A stretch of 64,000 nucleotides of DNA from Verrucomicrobiota bacterium (GTDB lineage Bacteria > Verrucomicrobiota > Verrucomicrobiia > Limisphaerales > SXTU01): the NCBI GenBank assembly GCA_016235545.1, contig JACRKB010000128.1:580-64579 (forward strand), in the 5' to 3' direction. Position 1 is the stretch's first letter; every line of letters begins with the position of its first letter. Shown here one piece after another: positions 8,524-16,053 of this stretch. The notes beneath the pieces are model-generated. The model did no database searches, was not told where the DNA came from, and was given only the letters and a program-made list of their open reading frames with translations. The position numbers and the translations under genes were made by a program.

Positions 8524-9726
8524 ATGTCCAAGCCCATCATCAGCGTCCGCAGCATCTCCAAGCAGTATCGGCTCGGCATGGCCAAGTCGCAGGACACTCT
8601 GCGCGACCAGCTTTCGCACTGGGCCAAAAGCCTCGGCAAACCGCACGAGGCCGCCAATGAGTCCTTCTGGGCGCTGCGCGATGTCTCCTTCGATGTCCAG
8701 CCCGGCGAGGTCATCGGCATCATCGGGCGCAACGGCGCGGGCAAGTCCACGCTGCTCAAAGTCCTCAGCCAGATCACCGAGCCGACAGAGGGCGAGATTT
8801 ACCTGCGCGGACGGCTCGCGTCGCTGCTGGAGGTCGGCACCGGCTTTCATCAGGAACTCACGGGCCGCGAGAACATCTTCCTCAACGGCGTCATCCTCGG
8901 CATGACCAAGGCGGAAGTGCGCGCGAAGTTCGACGAGATCGTCGAGTTCGCCGAGGTTGGCAAATTCCTCGACACCCCGGTGAAGCGCTATTCCTCGGGG
9001 ATGTATGTGCGCCTCGCCTTCGCTGTCGCCGCCCATCTGGAGCCGGAGATTCTCGTGGTGGACGAGGTGCTCGCGGTGGGCGACGCCGCGTTCCAGAACA
9101 AGTGCCTGGGCAAGATGCAGGATGTGGCCAAGAATTGCGGGCGCACCGTGCTCTTCGTCAGCCACAACATGGCCGCCGTGCAGGCGCTCTGCGGGCGCAT
9201 CATCCACATGGCTGGCGGCAAGCTCATCGGCGACGGCAGCCCGGAAACGCAGATCAACGCCTACCTCGGCGAGATCAAGAAGCCGCGCACCGACACCGCC
9301 GTGCCGTTGGGAAAAATCATCGAGTGCCGCCAGCTGGAGTTCAACCCGAACCCTGTCGTCAGCGGGCAGCCGTTGGAGTTCACACTCGAACTTGGCACCA
9401 AGCAGCGCACCCAGCTCATCGCCGTGGCCATCCTGATTTACAGCGCCTTCGGCCAGCGCGTGGCCATCCTCGACCTCCGCACGACCGCCGGCCAGTTTCC
9501 CATCGAGCCGGGCCAGCCATTCCGCTGCACGGGCCGCATCAAGAACTTTCCCCTTGTCGAAGGCGACTACCGCGTGGGCCTCTACATGCAATGCTCCGAG
9601 TATGACGGTGACTATCACGACCTTGCCTCGCTGACCGTGAGCGCCGCGACGAAGGAAGGCGAACTCGCCCCCTACGCCGCGCACTTCCGCGGGCTGGTGG
9701 AGCTGGATTGCGAATTGAAGTTCTGA
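8524..9726 (+). CDS. wzt: Polysaccharide ABC exporter ATPase with C-terminal glycan-binding domain (Wzt/TagH family)
   Basis: 400 aa with Walker A GRNGAGKST, the signature YSSGMYVRLAFA and Walker B ILVVDEVLAVGD. About 150 extra C-terminal residues look like the Wzt_C beta-sandwich. Confidence 0.85.
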   Translation: MSKPIISVRSISKQYRLGMAKSQDTLRDQLSHWAKSLGKPHEAANESFWALRDVSFDVQPGEVIGIIGRNGAGKSTLLKVLSQITEPTEGEIYLRGRLASLLEVGTGFHQELTGRENIFLNGVILGMTKAEVRAKFDEIVEFAEVGKFLDTPVKRYSSGMYVRLAFAVAAHLEPEILVVDEVLAVGDAAFQNKCLGKMQDVAKNCGRTVLFVSHNMAAVQALCGRIIHMAGGKLIGDGSPETQINAYLGEIKKPRTDTAVPLGKIIECRQLEFNPNPVVSGQPLEFTLELGTKQRTQLIAVAILIYSAFGQRVAILDLRTTAGQFPIEPGQPFRCTGRIKNFPLVEGDYRVGLYMQCSEYDGDYHDLASLTVSAATKEGELAPYAAHFRGLVELDCELKF

Positions 9727-9776
9727 CCCGGAACTCCGAAGTGGCTGGCAGCCGACTGGCAGGAGCGCGGCTCCGC

Positions 9777-10065
9777 CGACTGTGTGAAATGTTCACGCAC
9801 CCTTCTGACTTCGGCAAAGCAACGAAGTTGCGACTGAAAGTAGCCCACGGCGAGAGCCGTGGGTTTCACGGACGGAGGCGGCGAGCCGCGGCGCGGCGGC
9901 AGAACGGGCGAGCGGACTTGGTGGCAGGCCGAACTTTCTGCCGCACCGTCGGGGCTTGCGATGGTTGCCTGCGCGCACCCACGGCTGACGCCGTGGGCTA
10001 CTCTCTTTCGCAACTCCGTTGCTGCAACCAGCACTTCCGGTGCGGCGGCGGAGTTTTCACACAGT
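9777..10065. repeat. Composite palindromic intergenic element downstream of wzt
   Basis: Outer IR: gactgtgtgaaa (9777-9788) against tttcacacagtc (10054-10065). Inner arms: 9819-9864 (gcaacgaagttgcgactgaaagtagcccacggcgagagccgtgggt) against 9978-10022. Each arm carries its own cccacgg/ccgtggg hairpin. Confidence 0.75.
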
Positions 10066-10186
10066 CTGTGGATTCCTCAGAAACGTGCGCTAGCCAGCGA
10101 AATGGAAATTCAAGCCCACTTCTCGTGCCGGAGCTTTCTGCCGCGTGGCACCGCGCTCCGCGCACGGTCAGTGGCCGCTACCATCC

Positions 10187-11470
10187 TCACCCTCCCAGCT
10201 CAAATCCCGGTATCGTCCCGCTGCCGGAGCTGGAGCCAAACGCGTTCACATCCGCGCCGAGGCGACGAAGGAACTGCACGTAAAGATTCGAGAGCGGCGG
10301 GTTCTTCTTCGGGTCGAACGCAAGGTGCTGGCCGTGCCGGAAGCCGCCGCCGGCCACAACGATGGGCATGTTTTTGTTGTCGTGGCTGCTGGCGTTGCCC
10401 AGGTTGCTGCCGAAGAGGACGATGGTGCGGTCGAGCAGAGTGCCACCCTGTTCGAGCGTGCCCTTGAGCTTGGCGAGCAGCTCTCCGAAGAGCTTCATCT
10501 GCTGGAGCTCCACGAGCTTTAACTCCGCAAGCTTGAGCGGATCCTGCCCGTGGTGCGAGAGATTGTGCCAGTCCTGCGTGACGCCAGCGATGACGGGCAC
10601 GGCGTTGAGGCCGTTCAGCGCGAAGGTGATGAAACGCGTCGAGTCCGTCTGGAGCGCGAGGTGCATCAGGTCAATCATCAGCCGCACGCGCGCGGGCACC
10701 TCGACGGAGCTGGCGATGTCCACCGGCGGCTTGGCGTCCACCTTCGGCTTGGGGCGCCGCGCCCAGTCCTGCGCCTTGACCATGCGCACCTCGACCTCGC
10801 GGACGGAGGTGAAATACTCGTCGAGCTTCTCGCGGTCGGGCTTGCCGAGGCCGCGTTGGAAATCCTTCGCCTCATCGAGCACCGTGTCCATGATGCTCTG
10901 GCCCTGCTTGAGCCGCTGCACCTGGGCGTTCACCTCGTTGACCGTGCCGTTCACGAACATATTGCGAAAGACGCGCGATGGCCGCTCATCCGCTGGAATT
11001 GGCACGCCGCTGCGCGTGAAGGACAAGCCCCGGCTCGACGACGACGCGAGCGTGAGCGAGCCGAACCGCGTGTCCGGCACGAGCTTCTCGATGGCGAACT
11101 GGTCGAGCGAGATGGTGTTCTTGAAATTGTCCGCGCGCGGGTGCGGGGCTGACGTGAGGTAGCACAGCTCGGCGGGATGCCCGCCATCCACCTCGGGATG
11201 CGAGAGGCCGGAGAAAACGGTGAAGTCGCGGCGAAATTCCGCGAGCGGTTCCAGATAAGGTGTCAGCGCGTAGTCCTTTCCCGCCGCCGAGGGAAACAAG
11301 TTCGGCGTGTGCAGCCCCAGCGTGGTGTTGATGCAAATCAGGCGGCGCGGCGGGGCGGCAGCCTGCGCGCGCAACGGCGTCATGGCCTCGAGCAACGGCA
11401 GCGCGAGCGTGACGCCGGCGCCGCGCAGGAAAGTGCGGCGGGAGAATGTGGCTTGGCGGTTGGTGTTCAT
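10187..11470 (-). CDS. DUF1501 domain protein (sulfatase-fold, Tat-signal)
   Basis: The track ORF is over-extended. The internal ATG at 11470 gives MNTNRQATFSRRTFLRGAGVTLALPLLEAM (twin-arginine signal), followed by conserved DUF1501-type blocks (GGHP..., SEFGR-like region, NHDN...). 428 aa. Confidence 0.8.
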   Translation of the reverse strand: MNTNRQATFSRRTFLRGAGVTLALPLLEAMTPLRAQAAAPPRRLICINTTLGLHTPNLFPSAAGKDYALTPYLEPLAEFRRDFTVFSGLSHPEVDGGHPAELCYLTSAPHPRADNFKNTISLDQFAIEKLVPDTRFGSLTLASSSSRGLSFTRSGVPIPADERPSRVFRNMFVNGTVNEVNAQVQRLKQGQSIMDTVLDEAKDFQRGLGKPDREKLDEYFTSVREVEVRMVKAQDWARRPKPKVDAKPPVDIASSVEVPARVRLMIDLMHLALQTDSTRFITFALNGLNAVPVIAGVTQDWHNLSHHGQDPLKLAELKLVELQQMKLFGELLAKLKGTLEQGGTLLDRTIVLFGSNLGNASSHDNKNMPIVVAGGGFRHGQHLAFDPKKNPPLSNLYVQFLRRLGADVNAFGSSSGSGTIPGFELGG

Positions 11471-11618
11471 GACAGGCTCAGGCGACCAGCGGACAATCAG
11501 ACGCGGAGACGGGGAGCGGTTAGTCATGCGCATTCGCGTGCGGCGGCTGCGGGCCGAAGGAACTCGCAAGCTACTTGCCCATGCCCGCCCGCGGGAGGAA
11601 GTCATGTCCAAACATGGC

Positions 11619-11753
11619 GGGCGCATCTTGACACTGCCCCCGGAGCGCCGGTCTCCGACCCGGCGGGTGGTGCAAAGCACCCGGAAACGCGCCGGATCGG
11701 AGATCGGCGCACCGCAATGCCAGTCAAGTCGGGGGCAGTGTCAAGATGCGCCC
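11619..11753. mobile_element. MITE-like 135-bp element with perfect 23-bp terminal inverted repeats and 9-bp target-site duplication
   Basis: The left end GGGCGCATCTTGACACTGCCCCC (11619-11641) is the exact reverse complement of the right end GGGGGCAGTGTCAAGATGCGCCC (11731-11753). Identical AAACATGGC copies flank it at 11610-11618 and 11754-11762. The interior is itself partly palindromic. Confidence 0.75.
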
Positions 11754-12750
11754 AAACATGGCTGGACGCGAGATTTCAACTTGGTCCGACGAGCGGACTG
11801 CGGGTAGGCTCCCTGCGCTCGTGGCTTCGACATTGGACAATCTCCCGCCGCACCGACATCGCGTCTATGGTCTGACTGTCGCGACATGGATTCCCTTTCC
11901 CGAATTGGAACCCGCGCCCGCCGACGCACCGGTGGACGCCGTCTTCCGCCTCGGCGAGGTGCCGACGGAACTGGCATCACCTCAGTTCTCGGGGGCGTGC
12001 TTCCAAACCGCGCCGGACAGCCTCTTGATGTGGGTGACAGAAGGTGCGCACTACCTGGTCAGGGCTGGGCGGGAAATCATCGTCCAACCCAAGCCTGGTG
12101 CTCCTCTGGATGCGGTGCGTGTTCTGTTGCTCTGCTGGCCTATGGGTGCGCTTTTGCTGCAACGAAGACTGCTGCCCCTCCACGCCAGTGTAATAGCCGC
12201 GCCGCGTGGGGCGGTTGCGTTCTTGGGAGCGTCCCGGGCCGGCAAGTCCACGCTCGCGGCTCATTTTCGAAAGGCCGGCTTTCGGGTGCTCTCCGACGAC
12301 ATCGCCGTGGTTCACTTTGCTCCCGATGGCCGGCCTTGGATTGCACCCGGGTATCCCCAATTCAAGTTATGGCCTGAGGTGGCAGAAAAACTCGGGGAGG
12401 ACGCCAGACGAATGCCGAATCTCTGGCCGAGCCAGCCCAAACGGTCGCTTTCGTTTCGGAGCGAGTTTCACTCCACAAGCCTCCCAATCGCCCGGCTCTA
12501 CGTCCTGGAACCCGTGGCTACAGATGAAGTTCAGTTGAGCCGGCTAGCTCCTTTCGAGAGCATCCGTTGCCTGGCCGAGCACACGTATCGCGCTCAATTT
12601 GTCCCGGGGTTGGGCTTGCAGAGCAGCCATTTCCAGTCCATCGCACGCTTAGCGGACGCAGTGCCCCTCACACGCGTCAGGCGTCCTGCACAAGGATTCC
12701 AACCGGAGAAGCTCACTTCAGTGCTGGCAGCAGACTTTGGGATGCCCTGA
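11746..12750 (+). CDS. HPr-kinase-like serine/threonine kinase of lasso-peptide clusters (precursor C-terminal kinase type)
   Basis: P-loop LHASVIAAPRGAVAFLGASRAGKSTLAAHF followed by VLSDDIAVV resembles the HprK C-terminal domain. It lies immediately upstream of B1/B2 genes. The ATG at 11746 is inside the MITE end, so the native start is probably ATG 11758 (MAGRE...). Confidence 0.75.
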   Translation: MRPNMAGREISTWSDERTAGRLPALVASTLDNLPPHRHRVYGLTVATWIPFPELEPAPADAPVDAVFRLGEVPTELASPQFSGACFQTAPDSLLMWVTEGAHYLVRAGREIIVQPKPGAPLDAVRVLLLCWPMGALLLQRRLLPLHASVIAAPRGAVAFLGASRAGKSTLAAHFRKAGFRVLSDDIAVVHFAPDGRPWIAPGYPQFKLWPEVAEKLGEDARRMPNLWPSQPKRSLSFRSEFHSTSLPIARLYVLEPVATDEVQLSRLAPFESIRCLAEHTYRAQFVPGLGLQSSHFQSIARLADAVPLTRVRRPAQGFQPEKLTSVLAADFGMP

Positions 12751-12861
12751 AAGTCTGAGGTAAGTTCAATCTTTCACTGCTCTTGGCCTTGTGTTTTAGT
12801 GTGCCCAGTCAGCTCAATCTGGGGCCAAGGCAGCCATGCCCTGCTCCAAGCCAGCAAAACC

Positions 12862-13167
12862 ATGCCACAGACGTTTTTGAACTTGGACTCGCGGGTCGCC
12901 CGGTCGACGGACTTGATCAGCAGTTCGGTGAGCGGCCAGACAGCCTTGATGAGCATCGCCAACGGGGCTTACTACGGGCTGGACCCAGTGGGCAGCCGCA
13001 TTTGGGAACTGATTGCAGAGCGTCGTCGGGTCGGGGCGATCTGCGAACAACTACTTGCAGAATTCGCCGTTGACCGGGCCAAGTGCGAAACTCAGGTGCT
13101 TGCATTCCTCCACCGACTGGCCAATGACGGGCTTCTGAGTGTGAGCCATGAGCAGCCGCGTGCTTAA
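12862..13167 (+). CDS. Lasso peptide biosynthesis PqqD-family chaperone (B1 / RiPP recognition element)
   Basis: Taking ATG 12862 gives 101 aa. The sequence LMSIANGAYYGLDPVGSRIWELIAERRRVGAICEQLLAEFAVDRAKCETQVLAFLHRLANDGLL is a typical PqqD/RRE pattern. Its 3' end overlaps the B2 start by 20 nt. Confidence 0.8.
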   Translation: MPQTFLNLDSRVARSTDLISSSVSGQTALMSIANGAYYGLDPVGSRIWELIAERRRVGAICEQLLAEFAVDRAKCETQVLAFLHRLANDGLLSVSHEQPRA

Positions 13168-13591
13168 GCTTGGGCGATGCAACTGGAGCGACCAAGCGCT
13201 GCTGATGGAGGCGGTGGCTTGGCTCTGCGGTGCCCGGCTCCTGCTCCTGCTCCTGCCATTTCGCTGGCTGGCCCCAAGGCTGGGCCAGGCGATGAGCGAA
13301 AGTCCGGCCCAGATAACCGAGCCTGAGCGCAAACTCGCCCTGCGGGTTTCATGGGCCGTCCAAGCAGTCGCCAGGAATCTCCCCCTCGGTTTTGTGTGTC
13401 TGCCCCAGGCGATCGCGGCCAAGTGGATGCTACAGCGGCGGCAACTCGCCACCACGCTCTACCTCGGAGTGGGCCGACCGGAGGATGCGGCACTCACCGC
13501 TCACGCTTGGTTGCGTGCCGGGGACAACATTCTCACCGGACGGGAAGCGAGCCTCCAGCACACAACCATCGCGTGGTTCGGCGACAAGTGA
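13148..13591 (+). CDS. Lasso peptide biosynthesis B2 protein (transglutaminase-like leader peptidase)
   Basis: 147 aa. The sequence FVCLPQAIAAKWMLQRRQLATTLYLGVGR...LTAHAWLRAGDNILTG matches the McjB-C / Transglut_core3 pattern, with a catalytic Cys and the His of AHAW. Confidence 0.85.
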   Translation: MSSRVLKLGRCNWSDQALLMEAVAWLCGARLLLLLLPFRWLAPRLGQAMSESPAQITEPERKLALRVSWAVQAVARNLPLGFVCLPQAIAAKWMLQRRQLATTLYLGVGRPEDAALTAHAWLRAGDNILTGREASLQHTTIAWFGDK

Positions 13592-13739
13592 TGCCATTGT
13601 TCACAAATGCGGTTGGCGGACGGGGGTAGCTGGTGGCGATTCAACCCTTCCCCGCCTCCACAAATAGATAAAAAATGCTTGCGCCAGCCATCGAAATCCA
13701 AGACAACGGAGACCGGTTTTTGAATCAACTAATCAATTT

Positions 13740-13880
13740 ATGAAAAACGACACCGAAACGCAGGACTCACAGCTCGAAAAGAAACAGTGGAACGAGCCGA
13801 CCGTCACCGAACTTTCCATCAACTTTGACACCCTTATCGGCTTAAACGCAGCCGTTGACGGTCTTAACACCAACACCTGA
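13740..13880 (+). CDS. Candidate lasso peptide precursor (46 aa), not in the ORF track
   Basis: ATG 13740 to TGA 13878-13880 translates to MKNDTETQDSQLEKKQWNEPTVTELSINFDTLIGLNAAVDGLNTNT. The leader has a WxxP motif and a Thr at -2 if cleaved after TL. The putative core IGLNAAVDGLNTNT has Asp8. The ORF lies in a locally AT-rich stretch, directly after B2 and directly before a strong terminator. Confidence 0.6.
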   Translation: MKNDTETQDSQLEKKQWNEPTVTELSINFDTLIGLNAAVDGLNTNT

Positions 13881-13904
13881 AGTTCAGGTCGAAAAGCTTC
13901 TTCC

Positions 13905-13942
13905 CGCCACGCTTGGGCTTTTCCAAGCGTGGCGTTTTCTTT
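13905..13942 (+). terminator. Rho-independent terminator after the precursor ORF (possibly bidirectional)
   Basis: A perfect 12-bp stem, cgccacgcttgg (13905-13916) against ccaagcgtggcg (13923-13934), has loop gctttt and is followed by ttttcttt (13935-13942). It sits between the convergent precursor and cyclase genes. Confidence 0.8.
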
Positions 13943-13983
13943 GAGTTGCGAAGCAATGCGCCGCAGAAAATCCTGCTCCCAAA

Positions 13984-15936
13984 TCATCTCGACCAAGGCA
14001 AGGGCCGTTCAATTTCGGGGCTGTCAAAGCGAAGGAGAAACATCCCCACCATCGTCCCGCGGGTGATCAGAGTCACGCACTCCATCGTGTTTTGCGCATT
14101 GATTCCGTATTGGAGTGAGTCAAGCACCCGCCGCAGGTGAGGCACGTCAACTGCCTCGTTCGCCAACGCAGAGCGTTCCATCCGCTCAAAAACCTCCCGT
14201 AACTCGTGAGCGGAAGCTCGAATCCGATAGCCGATATCCATCGCCTGCTTGCCGCGCTTGGGATTGAGGCGAACGGCGTCCGGGAGCAATCCATCCATCG
14301 CGCGCCTGAGCAACCATCGGGTTTGACCCCGGTGATAGAATTGGCTGTTGGGCACCCGCAGACAAAACTCAATCAACTCGGGGTCCATTGTCGGATCGCG
14401 CACGTCCAGGCCATAGGCGGCACCCAGTTCGGCCCAGCCACAGCCCACCGGGTTCTCCGCCAAGTTCATGACCGCCAGGCGTTCTTGATGCGGGTCCGAG
14501 AAGGAGAAGCTGGGGTTGTGTCCCGTGTCCTGCATCCGCTCGCGCAGATTCAATCCACGGGCAAACTCAGTCCGAATCGCCGAGTAGTTCAACCACGGTT
14601 CCTGCCAGTTCCCTTTTCGTTGCCGCCAACTCTCTCTGAGCGGTAGCAGGGCCGGCCGCAGCAGATGCCGACGGAAGACCATCGCGGCGGTGGGCTGCAG
14701 CTTTCTGGCGCGACCCCACAGGCCCCGCCAGCGCCCGTGCAGCAGGTCGGGCCACAAGCTCTCTGGCCAGCCAGTCCAGGAAACGCCGCCGTTGCCGAAC
14801 TGGCCCGTCAACAAAACACCGATCCCCCGTGCCCTCGCTTGTTCGAGCATGTCCACGATCCAAAAATGATTCACCGCCCCGTGCCCGGGTTCATCGCAAA
14901 TCTCCAAAACTCGTGCGAAGCCCGCCAGCGGAGAAATGCGCTCACCTCGGACATACTGCACATCCAGATTTCCGAAGTGAGCGCGGTTGGCCTCCACCAA
15001 CGGCTGCTCGTCGAAGAACAAGCCGGGCAGCTCAAACTCGATCTTGTGTAGCGGCACTGAGCAAAACGCCGCCAGTCGGCGTCCCTCGGCACGAAGCTCC
15101 CGTGCCGCCAGGGCGCAAACCGAACCGGAATCAAGCCCTCCGCTCAACGTGCCGCCCACCGCCCGCCCGCCGCGCATCCGCACCCGCACGGCGCGCGTGA
15201 ACTGTTCCCGGAACGCCTCGACGTATTCATCGTCGGACTTGAGCTCCAATGGAGCCAAAGTCTCGGGAAACCAATACCGCCGCTTCCTCATCTGGCCGCC
15301 CGCGCAAATGGTGAGGGTGTGTCCCGGTTCCAGTCGCACGATGCCTTCATACCCGCACAAATTGCCCCGGCCACTCCACGCTGTCAGCACTTGCGCAACG
15401 CGCAAGAGGTTTGGACGGCGCGGCATTTCTGGCACGGCCAGCAGGGCCTTGACACAGGAGGCGAACGCAAACCACCGCGGATTCGCGTGATAATAGAGGG
15501 AACTCACTCCGCACGGGCATTGGGCCAGGAACAAGCGGCGCTCGCGGGACTCCCAGATGGCGAACGCGAAATCACCGCGGAGGTGGAGCACGCAATCCTC
15601 ACCCCACTTCTGGAAGGCTCGCAGAATCAGCTCACCATCCCGCACGGCGGTGTGATTGTTCCCAGCAAGTGCGAGCTGGGTGGCCAGTTCCTCCCGGTTG
15701 TCCAAGCGAGCGGCCGCCGTGATGATCAGCCCGCCGTCTGAATCACGCAGGGGCAGCTGCTCCTGCAAACTTTCATGCGTGGCGTGCCGCAATAAATGCC
15801 CAAGCCCCACGTTGCCATCGTGCCAGAGGCCGGCACCGTCCGGCCCCCAGTAGGCCATCGCCCCGCGCATCCCTTCGAGGGCGCTGCGATCCACGGGCCT
15901 TCCATCCAGGGAGAAATAGCCGTAAATGCCACTCAT
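13984..15936 (-). CDS. Lasso peptide cyclase (asparagine synthetase-like, C protein)
   Basis: The track ORF is trimmed to ATG 15936 (MSGIYGYFSLDG...), giving 650 aa. It has the AsnB fold with PP-loop TLSGGLDSGSVCALA, but the N-terminal nucleophile Cys is replaced (MSGI instead of MCGI), as expected for lasso cyclases. It is convergent with B1/B2/A. Confidence 0.8.
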   Translation of the reverse strand: MSGIYGYFSLDGRPVDRSALEGMRGAMAYWGPDGAGLWHDGNVGLGHLLRHATHESLQEQLPLRDSDGGLIITAAARLDNREELATQLALAGNNHTAVRDGELILRAFQKWGEDCVLHLRGDFAFAIWESRERRLFLAQCPCGVSSLYYHANPRWFAFASCVKALLAVPEMPRRPNLLRVAQVLTAWSGRGNLCGYEGIVRLEPGHTLTICAGGQMRKRRYWFPETLAPLELKSDDEYVEAFREQFTRAVRVRMRGGRAVGGTLSGGLDSGSVCALAARELRAEGRRLAAFCSVPLHKIEFELPGLFFDEQPLVEANRAHFGNLDVQYVRGERISPLAGFARVLEICDEPGHGAVNHFWIVDMLEQARARGIGVLLTGQFGNGGVSWTGWPESLWPDLLHGRWRGLWGRARKLQPTAAMVFRRHLLRPALLPLRESWRQRKGNWQEPWLNYSAIRTEFARGLNLRERMQDTGHNPSFSFSDPHQERLAVMNLAENPVGCGWAELGAAYGLDVRDPTMDPELIEFCLRVPNSQFYHRGQTRWLLRRAMDGLLPDAVRLNPKRGKQAMDIGYRIRASAHELREVFERMERSALANEAVDVPHLRRVLDSLQYGINAQNTMECVTLITRGTMVGMFLLRFDSPEIERPLPWSR

Positions 15937-16053
15937 ACGATTCGTTTCAACGAAAGGGTCGGCGGCGGTCCTTGGACTCGATACCTGCCTGATCAAACCA
16001 CCGCGCGCGCTTTGTCATAGAGTGCAGCATAGCTAAGGACTACGGCGACAAGT

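Noticed and set aside
11604-11636. Short ORFs starting at ATG 11604 / 11614 upstream of the kinase as alternative precursor peptides
   Set aside because: They run into the MITE end and stop within a few codons (for example ATG GCG GGC GCA TCT TGA). They are explained by the target-site duplication, not by a peptide gene.
10187-11680. Full 497-aa version of the DUF1501 ORF, and the idea that it belongs to the lasso cluster
   Set aside because: The first 70 codons are Arg-rich and precede a canonical Tat signal at the internal ATG 11470. The gene is divergent from the kinase operon and has no known RiPP role, so it is treated as an unrelated neighbour.
12799-12861. N-terminal 21-codon extension of the PqqD-like ORF (track start 12799)
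   Set aside because: The extension (MCPVSSIWGQGSHALLQASKT) is not part of the PqqD fold. ATG 12862 gives a protein of typical B1 length. This is uncertain, so it is noted rather than asserted.
13733-13996. 87-aa - strand ORF covering the precursor region
   Set aside because: It runs antisense through the terminator hairpin and the AT-rich island and has no family resemblance. The + strand 46-codon ORF has leader and core features and correct operon placement.
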